The notes beneath the pieces are model-generated. The model saw only the letters and a program-made list of their open reading frames with translations. It did not search any database and was not told the DNA's origin. The position numbers and the translations under genes are program-made. Of a stretch of 19,290 nucleotides of DNA, positions 8,911-16,915 are shown piece by piece. Positions within the stretch are counted from its first letter, which is position 1; each line of letters opens with the position of its first letter. Origin of the DNA: an uncultured archaeon (GTDB taxonomy: Archaea; Asgardarchaeota; Lokiarchaeia; Sigyniarchaeales; SOKP01); assembly GCA_964493715.1 (NCBI GenBank), contig CAZBPC010000052.1, forward strand, positions 3,934-23,223, read 5' to 3'.

Positions 8911-9765
8911 ATGGTCCACATATTATTTATATATATACTAAAATTATTCATTCTTATGTATTTAAAAGAAGAAGCAAAACGCATGGTTTTTTCGGGTAGT
9001 TCAACAATTTCAGACTTAGTGACAGAAAAAGATATTATTACATCAGGGTCATGTTTTCTTCAAGGTAACCTTGAATGCAATAGTTTTTTTTCGTCTGGCA
9101 CAATAAATGGTATGGGAAAAATTTTGACTCACAAGAATCTTACAAGCTCTGGGACAATGAAATTAGATACTGGGATTGAATGTGAAGGAAACGCAAAATT
9201 TAGTGGCTCAGCAAGGATAAATGGAACTATTGTGATAAAGAAGAGTCTTGTCAGTTCAGGAGTGTTAAATCTTTCTGGACCCTTAAAAGTTGGTTTAGAA
9301 CTATTTTCCAGTGGGGTAACTAAATGTGATAGTCTCTTAATCAACGGACTATTGAGCGTATCGGGGAGCGTAAATGCACTTGAAATCAAAGCAGGAGATG
9401 GAATTAAATCTTCTGGTTCACTTAAGGTGAAGAAAGATATTGATTCTTCAAAATTTGTTGATATAACAGGGAAACTACAGGTGGGGGGAAATATTTATGG
9501 AGATAATGTTCTTATTGATTATAGTCGAAAAGAAAAGATCGTGAAATTTAATAAATTTCATTACTTTGTATCTGGGGGCATAAATGCCAAAGACTTGATA
9601 AGTATTAACCGGACGGTAGTAGAAGGTGATATTAGAGGACGGAGCATAATCATTGAGAAGTATTCACAAGTTGAGGGTAACATTTATTATGTTGATGATT
9701 ATATAATTCACGATAAAGCAAAAATATCAAACCTTCCAATTCAAATAAAATTAGAGGAGTTATAA
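8911..9765 (+). CDS. Bactofilin-like polymer-forming beta-helical protein (long YhbE/YhbF-like type)
   Basis: Recurring roughly 17-aa units with (S/T)SG turns and alternating V/I/L, and a C-terminal VVEGDIRGRSIIIEKYSQVEGNIYY. The true start is probably ATG 8956. Confidence 0.75.
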   Translation: MVHILFIYILKLFILMYLKEEAKRMVFSGSSTISDLVTEKDIITSGSCFLQGNLECNSFFSSGTINGMGKILTHKNLTSSGTMKLDTGIECEGNAKFSGSARINGTIVIKKSLVSSGVLNLSGPLKVGLELFSSGVTKCDSLLINGLLSVSGSVNALEIKAGDGIKSSGSLKVKKDIDSSKFVDITGKLQVGGNIYGDNVLIDYSRKEKIVKFNKFHYFVSGGINAKDLISINRTVVEGDIRGRSIIIEKYSQVEGNIYYVDDYIIHDKAKISNLPIQIKLEEL

Positions 9766-9861
9766 TTTTCTATTTTTTAATATGAAAAATTTATTCCTTG
9801 TTGCTGATCATATGGTGAAAAAGTTCATCCAGAAATGTTGATTTATTAATCATTAAATGTA

Positions 9862-10848
9862 TTACTTTTTGAATATTTTAGTTATAATTTGCTTAACTTT
9901 ATCGTGATATTGGATCTCAGAAGGTGGTAAGCTTAATTTTCTGAATAATGTTCTCATGAAATTTTCAAGTTCATTCCCTAGTCCCAAATTACCTTCAATA
10001 CAGTTTTCAATATATCTCTTAACATTTGTAATGAATATTTCCTTATCGTAATCATCGTAAAACTCTACTAAATAGAGTTGGTCCAATTCAAGATCTTTTA
10101 ATCTATTATAGACTAATTCAAACATTAACTTCAAAAATGCCTTCCTTAAATCATCTTCATCCTTTTTATTTAACTCATGATTGTTATTCATTGAATCTAA
10201 TTTTAATTTTTCAATTTTTACCATTGTTTCCTTAAGTTCATCAGACAAATTTAAAGCCTCACTTTTATATTCTATGCCTTGCATACTAGCCCATTCATTT
10301 AATTCACTGCAGTAATTATCAAAATCATAACAAAATCGAATCAAAAACTTGAATGAATCAATTGAAAAATCAGACATCCATTTTTTATATAATCTTCCCC
10401 ACTTGAAAAGATTTAAACCTTCTAAAGCGTCAAGTATTTTGCTCTGAACATTTTCCAAGAATTTTTTATTAAGTGTAGCTAGTTCATTAATGGGTTGCTT
10501 AATTGATTCAAATTCATATTTAAACCATTTGTCATTCTCTTTGAACTCTTTTAAATGTAATATTGAACTATCCCCATTTAAAAATCTTTTTTTCCCTAGT
10601 TCAGCAGCAAATCTTAATATATAAAAACATTTTGGGCAAGTAGTTATCCATGATTTTCTAACCAAGTTTCTTGGTTTGAGGTCACCGTTACTAGTTTTCT
10701 GTTTCATAATCTTGAAATATTGATGGTTATTTTCTATTACGTAATCAATTTTTTCTAAGTGATAATATGCCGGAATAAATTTATGGTTACAAACTGGGCA
10801 TTTGATTTTACTAGCAGATTTATAAACAGACGAATCCATTAAAAACAC
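9862..10848 (-). CDS. Hypothetical protein: N-terminal split Zn-ribbon plus helical domain
   Basis: 328-aa ORF with CPVC and CPKC about 50 aa apart and a helical-looking C-terminal half. Alternative ATG at 10839. Confidence 0.7.
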   Translation of the reverse strand: MFLMDSSVYKSASKIKCPVCNHKFIPAYYHLEKIDYVIENNHQYFKIMKQKTSNGDLKPRNLVRKSWITTCPKCFYILRFAAELGKKRFLNGDSSILHLKEFKENDKWFKYEFESIKQPINELATLNKKFLENVQSKILDALEGLNLFKWGRLYKKWMSDFSIDSFKFLIRFCYDFDNYCSELNEWASMQGIEYKSEALNLSDELKETMVKIEKLKLDSMNNNHELNKKDEDDLRKAFLKLMFELVYNRLKDLELDQLYLVEFYDDYDKEIFITNVKRYIENCIEGNLGLGNELENFMRTLFRKLSLPPSEIQYHDKVKQIITKIFKK

Positions 10849-11008
10849 CTTTAACTTACTTACAAGATTTCCTAAAGTTTTGAATTATTAAAGAATTCGT
10901 ATTATGAAAAAAAATCGGATCTCAGTCTTATTATATCAAAAATGTACATTATAAAGCACTACATAATCTTACGATCAAGAAGGAATGAAGAAATATAAGG
11001 AAGGAAAG

Positions 11009-11647
11009 TTACTTCAAGTTTAAAATAAATTTACAATCTGGAAATCCAGTACAACCTAAAAATTTTCCATATTTTCCTTCTTTGACACTCAAAGGATAAC
11101 CGCATTCGGGACATAATAAGGTAGCTTGATCTGCACGATCAGAGCTAAATGCAAATCGACATTCGGGATAATTTTGGCATCCTAAAAACACTCCAAATTT
11201 TCCAGTTCTTTTCCGTAAACTCCCACCACATTCAGGGCATTTTATAGTCTTTTCCATTTTTACTTCGAGTTCAAAGGAACAATCTTGATCTCCTGTACAT
11301 CGTAAAAATGTCCCCTTTTCATCAGTCTTTAATTCTAATTTTTCTCCACATTCAGGACAAAAAATGTCTCGCTTATCCTTCGATTCAGGATTATATAAAA
11401 AAGTACATTCAGGATAACCCGTGCATCCAAGGAAGCGTCCCATTTTTCCCCCTTTCCATTTAAGTTCTTTTCCACAATCAGGGCATTTTAATTCAGTTGA
11501 AGGGCTCAAATCAAAAATAAATCGGCAGTCTGGAAATTTGGTACATCCTAAAAATTTTCCATACTTCCCCTCCCTCTCTGCTAAAGGACTGCCACAATTT
11601 GGACAAACGCTTGGAATATTAGGATTTGTTTCATTCATAAATTTCAC
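11009..11647 (-). CDS. Stand-alone topoisomerase-type C4 zinc-finger repeat protein (YrdD-like, 5 repeats)
   Basis: Five copies of CPxCG-x-L-x-G(K)xGxFLGC-xx-(Y/F)PxCxF, the third degenerate; no TOPRIM or catalytic domain. Confidence 0.9.
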   Translation of the reverse strand: MKFMNETNPNIPSVCPNCGSPLAEREGKYGKFLGCTKFPDCRFIFDLSPSTELKCPDCGKELKWKGGKMGRFLGCTGYPECTFLYNPESKDKRDIFCPECGEKLELKTDEKGTFLRCTGDQDCSFELEVKMEKTIKCPECGGSLRKRTGKFGVFLGCQNYPECRFAFSSDRADQATLLCPECGYPLSVKEGKYGKFLGCTGFPDCKFILNLK

Positions 11648-11923
11648 TTATTCAATCTTTTATGACTAAGTATCTTTTTTTTTATTTCAATTTAAATGAT
11701 TCCATGCGTTTTATTAGCAGTGAAATACCTATTTTCTTCGTAATACATCATTGCTCGAATTAGAATATTATACTGAGATAGTATAAATTAACTTTATTAA
11801 CTCTTTTAATTTTATTCTTATAGAATGGATGTTGAAAGTCTCTGGTAAAATTCAGATTGGACTCTCAGAACCTTCTATACTGGTGGAAAAATATAAATAA
11901 TTGAAAGGAAAAAGCAGATTAAC

Positions 11924-12727
11924 ATGTCAATCACCGGAATTGATATTGAAAAATGTAATGGATGTAATATTTGTTTAACAACTTGCGTTGTTTTTCGACC
12001 TGATAAGGAGAAACATAAAGTAATTTTTAATGATCCTGATGGATTCTGTAATGCTTGTGGAAAATGTATCGCAAGATGTCCTCAAGATGCGATATTACAT
12101 GACATAGATGATGATTCATATGAATTTGAAGGAGTAAATCACCCAGAAACTATCATATCCTATGATGAGATTTATAAATTTATAAGAGCTCATCGCTCTA
12201 TTCGTTTATATAAAGATAAAAAAGTTGAAATAGAAAAACTCAAGAAAATTTTTGAAGTTATGAGATATGCCCCTACGGGAGGAAATTTACGTTCAGAACG
12301 ATTTTCTATCGTTTCAGATCCAATAGTTATTAAAAAAATAAACGATGCGGTAATTACGCAGCTAAACAAAAATGAGGAAATGCATGAACAATATGGAAAA
12401 CTTTTTGAACGGATTAGTAGGATTTTTAAGAGTCCCGTCTTTTTTGATGCACCTCACGTAGTATTTGTTGAATCCGACGAAAATTCAGAAATGGAAGCAT
12501 TTAATATAGGAATAATTGTCACCTATGGCCGATTAGCAGCTCAGTCGCTGGGAATAGGGTCATGTTGGAATGGGTGGACTCAAATCGCAATGAGAGATAA
12601 CCAAGAGATCAAAAAAATTGTCAATCTGACGGGTAAGAGAGTAGGTGTGTTCATTTTGGGTTATCCGTCAGTTAAGTTCTTTCGTGCCCCCCCAAGATCA
12701 CAAAAATCAATTCGGGGTATAAAATAA
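11924..12727 (+). CDS. Ferredoxin-nitroreductase fusion protein
   Basis: N-terminal CNGCNICLTTC and CNACGKCIARCP [4Fe-4S] motifs, then HRSIRLY, APTGGN, LGIGSCWNG and LGYP. Confidence 0.9.
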   Translation: MSITGIDIEKCNGCNICLTTCVVFRPDKEKHKVIFNDPDGFCNACGKCIARCPQDAILHDIDDDSYEFEGVNHPETIISYDEIYKFIRAHRSIRLYKDKKVEIEKLKKIFEVMRYAPTGGNLRSERFSIVSDPIVIKKINDAVITQLNKNEEMHEQYGKLFERISRIFKSPVFFDAPHVVFVESDENSEMEAFNIGIIVTYGRLAAQSLGIGSCWNGWTQIAMRDNQEIKKIVNLTGKRVGVFILGYPSVKFFRAPPRSQKSIRGIK

Positions 12728-12867
12728 AAAGAAAGGAATGAAAAAAAAAACGGAAATTCCGAGAATAAAGAGAAAAACATCCTCACTTGGAGTTTTCCAA
12801 ACCTTGTGTCTCTCCTGATATTTCCAATATTTAAATATTTACAAAATATATCAAAGTCTTTATATAA

Positions 12868-13119
12868 TTAATCTCGTCTTCGGTTTCGAAAACTCTTACG
12901 AGGTCCTTTTTCGATAATCTTCAAATTACTGGCTTGTGGACCCTTATCGCCATCTGTAATATCAAATTCGACCTTGTCTCCTTCATATATGACTTTGAAT
13001 TCATCTTCTGGAGTTTGAATCACTGAAAAATGAACAAAAACATCAGAGGAGTCATCATCGCGCGTAATGAAGCCATAACCTTTACGTGCGTCAAACCATT
13101 TCACAATTCCACTTGTCAT
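12868..13119 (-). CDS. cspA: Cold-shock protein (CspA family)
   Basis: GIVKWFD, RNP1 KGYGFI, RNP2 DVFVHFS and KGPQA, followed by a basic tail [10 protein letters not shown]. Confidence 0.95.
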   Translation of the reverse strand: MTSGIVKWFDARKGYGFITRDDDSSDVFVHFSVIQTPEDEFKVIYEGDKVEFDITDGDKGPQASNLKIIEKGPRKSFRNRRRD

Positions 13120-13160
13120 GCCTAAAACCGGTGTTTCTTTGGTCTAAATCTATAAAACTT

Positions 13161-13182
13161 ATGATACGATTTTTCGTATCAT
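13161..13182. promoter_or_regulatory. Perfect 9-4-9 inverted repeat upstream of the csp gene
   Basis: ATGATACGA-TTTT-TCGTATCAT, about 40 nt upstream of the csp ATG and just downstream of a minus-strand TATA-like ATATAAAT (about 13189-13196). Confidence 0.5.
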
Positions 13183-13251
13183 TATAATATTTATATGCAG
13201 CATTTTAAAAAAACTTTACCAACTACTATTTTTATATAAAACTATGAATGC

Positions 13252-13266
13252 AAAAAAGTTTATATG
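13252..13266 (+). promoter_or_regulatory. Archaeal BRE/TATA-like promoter candidate for the MscS pair
   Basis: AAAAAAG-TTTATATG, a purine-rich BRE followed by a TATA-like box, about 120 nt upstream of ATG 13386. The AT-rich background lowers specificity. Confidence 0.35.
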
Positions 13267-13385
13267 AACCCTATCTAGATTAACATTAGATTTAATATAT
13301 AATTTCGAGGTGAGATTTTATCCCTTATTCGGATTTCTCGAAATTGATGATTAAATTCACTAAAAATAAAATTTAAGGAATTAAT

Positions 13386-14327
13386 ATGAAAAATTATATC
13401 AAATATTTAGTTTATTTATGCTTGTTGTTACCATTAGCTATATGGGTTTACTTTTATTCTCCATTACACGAATTATCAGTTAACCTATTTCTTGTTATCG
13501 CTATAATTTTCATCGTTCGAAAACCAGTCATACGGCTTATAAATTTTTTCATAAAGAAGCGTTTTTATCGGGCTACAGTTTCCATTATTATCAATCTGAT
13601 ATGGAGTTTTTTCATTTTTTGGTTTATCGGTACAATAAATCTTCCCTTTTTGATGGCTATTCTGCCTTTTTTGTTAATCTCCATATCATTAAACTTGAGC
13701 AAGATTATCAATAACATAATCTCGGGGGGATTTTTGTTAGGATCAGGACAATTTGAGGTGGGAGACTTAGTAGAAACAAATGGAATTCAGGGCATAATTC
13801 AAGAGATTACATTAAATTATACCGTAATTAGAGAATTTGATGGCGTTAATGTTATCATTCCTAACAGCAGCGTATATGGTTCTTCAGTTATTAAATACAC
13901 TCATAAGAAGTATCAAGCATATAGAACCCTAAAAAAGGAGGAATTTGATAAAAAGGCATTGTATAAACAATATGCTAAAATGATCAACAAATTATTATCT
14001 TCAAATATCAAAACCACTAGGTATATAAAACCACTTGAATTATTAGGTTCCGTCAATCTAGAAACTCTAAATGATAAATTAATGAAGGTTTTTGATAAAT
14101 ATGAGTTGGTGTTTGGACTCCGTCCAGAATATACAATAGATAGAATACGATATGGAAGCGTTCGCATTAAATTGTATGTTAACTCAATCAAACCTATATT
14201 AATATTGGAATTTATGGATTCTTTTTTGAGAGATTTAGTATATGAAATATACCACGAAGCAATATTCAATGGATGGGACAAATACCAATTAATAAGTAAT
14301 AAACTTGGGGGAGGTGTAAGAAAATAA
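13386..14327 (+). CDS. mscS: MscS-family small-conductance mechanosensitive channel, paralog 1
   Basis: N-terminal TM helices, then NNIISGGFLL..FEVGDLVETNGIQGIIQEITLNYTVIREFDGVNVIIPNS, the MscS beta-domain signature. Confidence 0.85.
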   Translation: MKNYIKYLVYLCLLLPLAIWVYFYSPLHELSVNLFLVIAIIFIVRKPVIRLINFFIKKRFYRATVSIIINLIWSFFIFWFIGTINLPFLMAILPFLLISISLNLSKIINNIISGGFLLGSGQFEVGDLVETNGIQGIIQEITLNYTVIREFDGVNVIIPNSSVYGSSVIKYTHKKYQAYRTLKKEEFDKKALYKQYAKMINKLLSSNIKTTRYIKPLELLGSVNLETLNDKLMKVFDKYELVFGLRPEYTIDRIRYGSVRIKLYVNSIKPILILEFMDSFLRDLVYEIYHEAIFNGWDKYQLISNKLGGGVRK

Positions 14328-14368
14328 CCCTTTTTTCAACAGATATTGAAGCTTCGGTATATCTCACC

Positions 14369-15223
14369 TTGATTGGTTTGATTTTATATGCAGTGAATTT
14401 TGCTTTGAACATTTTTTTGAGTAGTATTTCTAAAATATCAGTGAGAGCGAGAAACAAATTCATGTTTATTATCAGGATAATTATGATTGTAAGTTTTATT
14501 TACTTGATAATCGTTGGATTCCCTTCTTTTACTAGCATCCCAACAGAATATAGTGCTATCATAACGGGATCAATTAGTACAGCACTAGCATTCGCTACAA
14601 GTGGTATATTTTCAAATTACATTGCTGGATTATTGATGTGGATAATTGATCCCTTTGATATAGGAGAAATCGTGAAAATTAAAGGAAAGAAAGGGATAGT
14701 TAGATCTATCACTCTAACTCGAGTAGTAATTGAAACGTTTGACAAGATTATCATTGAACTCTCAAACTCAGAATTAGTATCTTCTATGATTCTAAACTAC
14801 TCAATTCAACTCAAACGAAAAAAAAAATTCACGAGATTTAAGAAACTAATAAGTTCCCCTCAAGTAATTGGAAATGCTCGTTTGGATATTGATGTGTTTA
14901 ATGAAGAGATGAGGAAAGAATCTGAAGAAGAATTAAAGCAATTCTATGAGAAAGTGATGGAAAATGATAGTAATGTTGTTCATTCCTTCAATATTAAGAT
15001 GCAAGTACCTCACTATCAATTTAGAATAAAAGTCGCTGAGATCGAAGAAGTTTGTCGGAAGTATAAGGATGTATTTGGAATAACACCAAGTTTCCATATA
15101 ATTGATTTTTTTGGTGGCCAAATTCAACTCAAGTTTCGAATACTAACCTTAAGCGAAAATTCTATACTTCTATTTCATTCAAAAATGAGGGAAGAACTTA
15201 GTAAAATTATTCTAAAACAATAA
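14369..15223 (+). CDS. mscS: MscS-family mechanosensitive channel, paralog 2 (probably starts at ATA 14324)
   Basis: ALAFATSGIFSNYIAGLLMWIIDPFDIGEIVKIKGKKGIVRSITL...LSNS is the MscS TM3/beta-domain signature. The frame is open upstream to 14303. Confidence 0.85.
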   Translation: MIGLILYAVNFALNIFLSSISKISVRARNKFMFIIRIIMIVSFIYLIIVGFPSFTSIPTEYSAIITGSISTALAFATSGIFSNYIAGLLMWIIDPFDIGEIVKIKGKKGIVRSITLTRVVIETFDKIIIELSNSELVSSMILNYSIQLKRKKKFTRFKKLISSPQVIGNARLDIDVFNEEMRKESEEELKQFYEKVMENDSNVVHSFNIKMQVPHYQFRIKVAEIEEVCRKYKDVFGITPSFHIIDFFGGQIQLKFRILTLSENSILLFHSKMREELSKIILKQ

Positions 15224-15337
15224 TCTATTTTTGTTACTTTTTTTTAATTCATTCCAAAATTAATTGAGTTATTAATAATTTTTATTTAATCGATGATTTT
15301 TAAACATTAAATATAAGAAATTTCATTATTTTCTTCT

Positions 15338-15898
15338 TTGGTGAATAGCATGGTTAGTCTGAATGATTTAACTGTTTCTCTCCTTGAAAAGCTAGCCAAG
15401 GAGTGCAACATCCCATTGAAAAAGAGTCATACTAAAAGGGAGAAGATAGGGATAATAAATGCGGCTAATATTGAAGATTCAAAACTTCGAGAACTTATTC
15501 AAAAATATCTAACTATTAAGAAATCCGAAAAAAAATCAAAAAATGATTTGATTTCTGAATTAAAAGGAAGAATTAGGTTACTTGAGGAGCAAGTGAAATT
15601 CCTAATGTCTAAAATCAGCGTTTCAGAAGTTAAATTAAGTGATGATGAAAATCAAGAGATTATCACCATTACAAGTGATTTGCGGGACATAAAAAGATTC
15701 ATTAAATCAATGATTAAACCCGGGGAATCAATATCCGTTGATGAACTTATTGAGATAAGAGAGCTCCAAAAAATCCCTCTTATTACCTTGAAACATGCGA
15801 TTTATGATTTAATTGATGAAAATGTAATAAATTCTTCAGAAGGAAAATCTAGGCAGAAATTAGGTGGTAAGATCAATACTCTTACCAGAATAAAGTAA
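15338..15898 (+). CDS. Putative nucleic-acid-binding protein: HeH (Rho-N/SAP/LEM-like) motif, coiled coil and winged-helix-like C-terminus
   Basis: LNDLTVSLLEKLAKECNIPLKKSHTKREKI resembles helix-extension-helix motifs; central coiled coil; ISVDELI...LKHAIYDLIDENVI is wHTH-like. The likely start is ATG 15350. Confidence 0.6.
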   Translation: MVNSMVSLNDLTVSLLEKLAKECNIPLKKSHTKREKIGIINAANIEDSKLRELIQKYLTIKKSEKKSKNDLISELKGRIRLLEEQVKFLMSKISVSEVKLSDDENQEIITITSDLRDIKRFIKSMIKPGESISVDELIEIRELQKIPLITLKHAIYDLIDENVINSSEGKSRQKLGGKINTLTRIK

Positions 15899-15994
15899 TG
15901 AGAGTGAAATTATACGGAAGATTATAAAGCAAATCATAGCGAATATTCTATTCAATTAAAAAGTGGATCTTGTACTTCCTGTCATAAAAAATCG

Positions 15995-16915
15995 ATGGTA
16001 ATCCAAAAGAAAGTTAATGGTGAATTCCATTGTCCTGATTGTTTTACTGATTTAATTGAAAACACGATATACCAAACAGTAGTTCATTATAAAATGATAA
16101 AACCAGCTGATAGGATAATAGTTGGATTATCTGGTGGAAAAGATTCTATAAGCTTATTATATAATATAGGTAAGATTAAGGAAAAAATTAGAAATATTGA
16201 ACCAATAATTGCACTTACTATTGATGAGGGAATCAAGGATTATCGAAAAAACAGTATTGAAGATGCAAAACAATATTGTCAAAGATACAATATCGAACAT
16301 AAAATTATTTCATTCAAGGAACGAGTAGGGAAAAATTTAGATGAAATTTTATTATTAAAAAAAGGAACTGCTGCTGAGAGATATACGTGTAATTATTGTG
16401 CTACTATTAGAAGACGATTGTTAAATGAAGAAGCAAAAAACTTGGGTGGAACTGTTTTAGCACTTGGACATAATTTAACTGATATTACCGAAACATTTCT
16501 TATGAATGTCCTTCATAAACGCCATCAACTCATAGCTAATCAATATCTTTTCAAAGCAGAAACCATGGAAGCGAAAAAGCATTTTATTAAAAAAGTTATG
16601 CCGCTGATAAAGATTCCTGAAGAAGAAATTTTTTTATATGCAAATTTGAAACATTTAAAATATTATCCCTCTCATTGTCCTTACAGAGAAGATGATCCTA
16701 TCCTTAGAAAGCGAGTTTTAGATTTTATCTTGAAGATAAAGACTATCCTTCCAGAAGTTGAATATAATTTATTTGATAGTTTTCAACGAATATCTGAAAA
16801 ATTATACAAATCTGTTCCTTTTGAAAAATTTCAAGAGTGTAAGATTTGTGGTTATCCTAGTGGTAAAACACAAATATGCACATACTGCACTTTGACTGAA
16901 AATCTAAAAAATTAA
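15995..16915 (+). CDS. ttuA: tRNA 2-thiolation protein, TtuA/Ncs6/NcsA family
   Basis: PP-loop SGGKDS, CNYC, GHNLTD, CPY and a C-terminal CKIC..CTYC zinc finger. The N-terminal finger is completed by an in-frame CTSC at 15971-15982, upstream of the listed ATG. Confidence 0.9.
   Translation: MVIQKKVNGEFHCPDCFTDLIENTIYQTVVHYKMIKPADRIIVGLSGGKDSISLLYNIGKIKEKIRNIEPIIALTIDEGIKDYRKNSIEDAKQYCQRYNIEHKIISFKERVGKNLDEILLLKKGTAAERYTCNYCATIRRRLLNEEAKNLGGTVLALGHNLTDITETFLMNVLHKRHQLIANQYLFKAETMEAKKHFIKKVMPLIKIPEEEIFLYANLKHLKYYPSHCPYREDDPILRKRVLDFILKIKTILPEVEYNLFDSFQRISEKLYKSVPFEKFQECKICGYPSGKTQICTYCTLTENLKN

Noticed and set aside
11009-11647. Nucleotide repeats such as CCTAAAAATTTTCCATA as a CRISPR-like or mobile repeat, or a topA pseudogene
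   Set aside because: The repeats are explained by the protein's tandem Zn-finger units. The ORF is intact and I found no topoisomerase core remnant nearby.
765-12727. A single flavin/B12 (BluB-like) biosynthetic cluster formed by the nitroreductases, PNPOx-like and FAD enzymes
   Set aside because: The genes are scattered, on different strands and interleaved with unrelated genes, and I recognised no BluB-specific features.
7144-15127. Short ORFs 7144-7395, 7915-8112, 8000-8194, 9129-9389, 11421-11669, 13913-14281, 14266-14463 and 14933-15127
   Set aside because: Antisense shadows of real genes.
16912-16915. 4-nt convergent overlap of ttuA and the PH-like gene as an antisense system
   Set aside because: Shared TTAA stop overlaps are common in compact AT-rich genomes.
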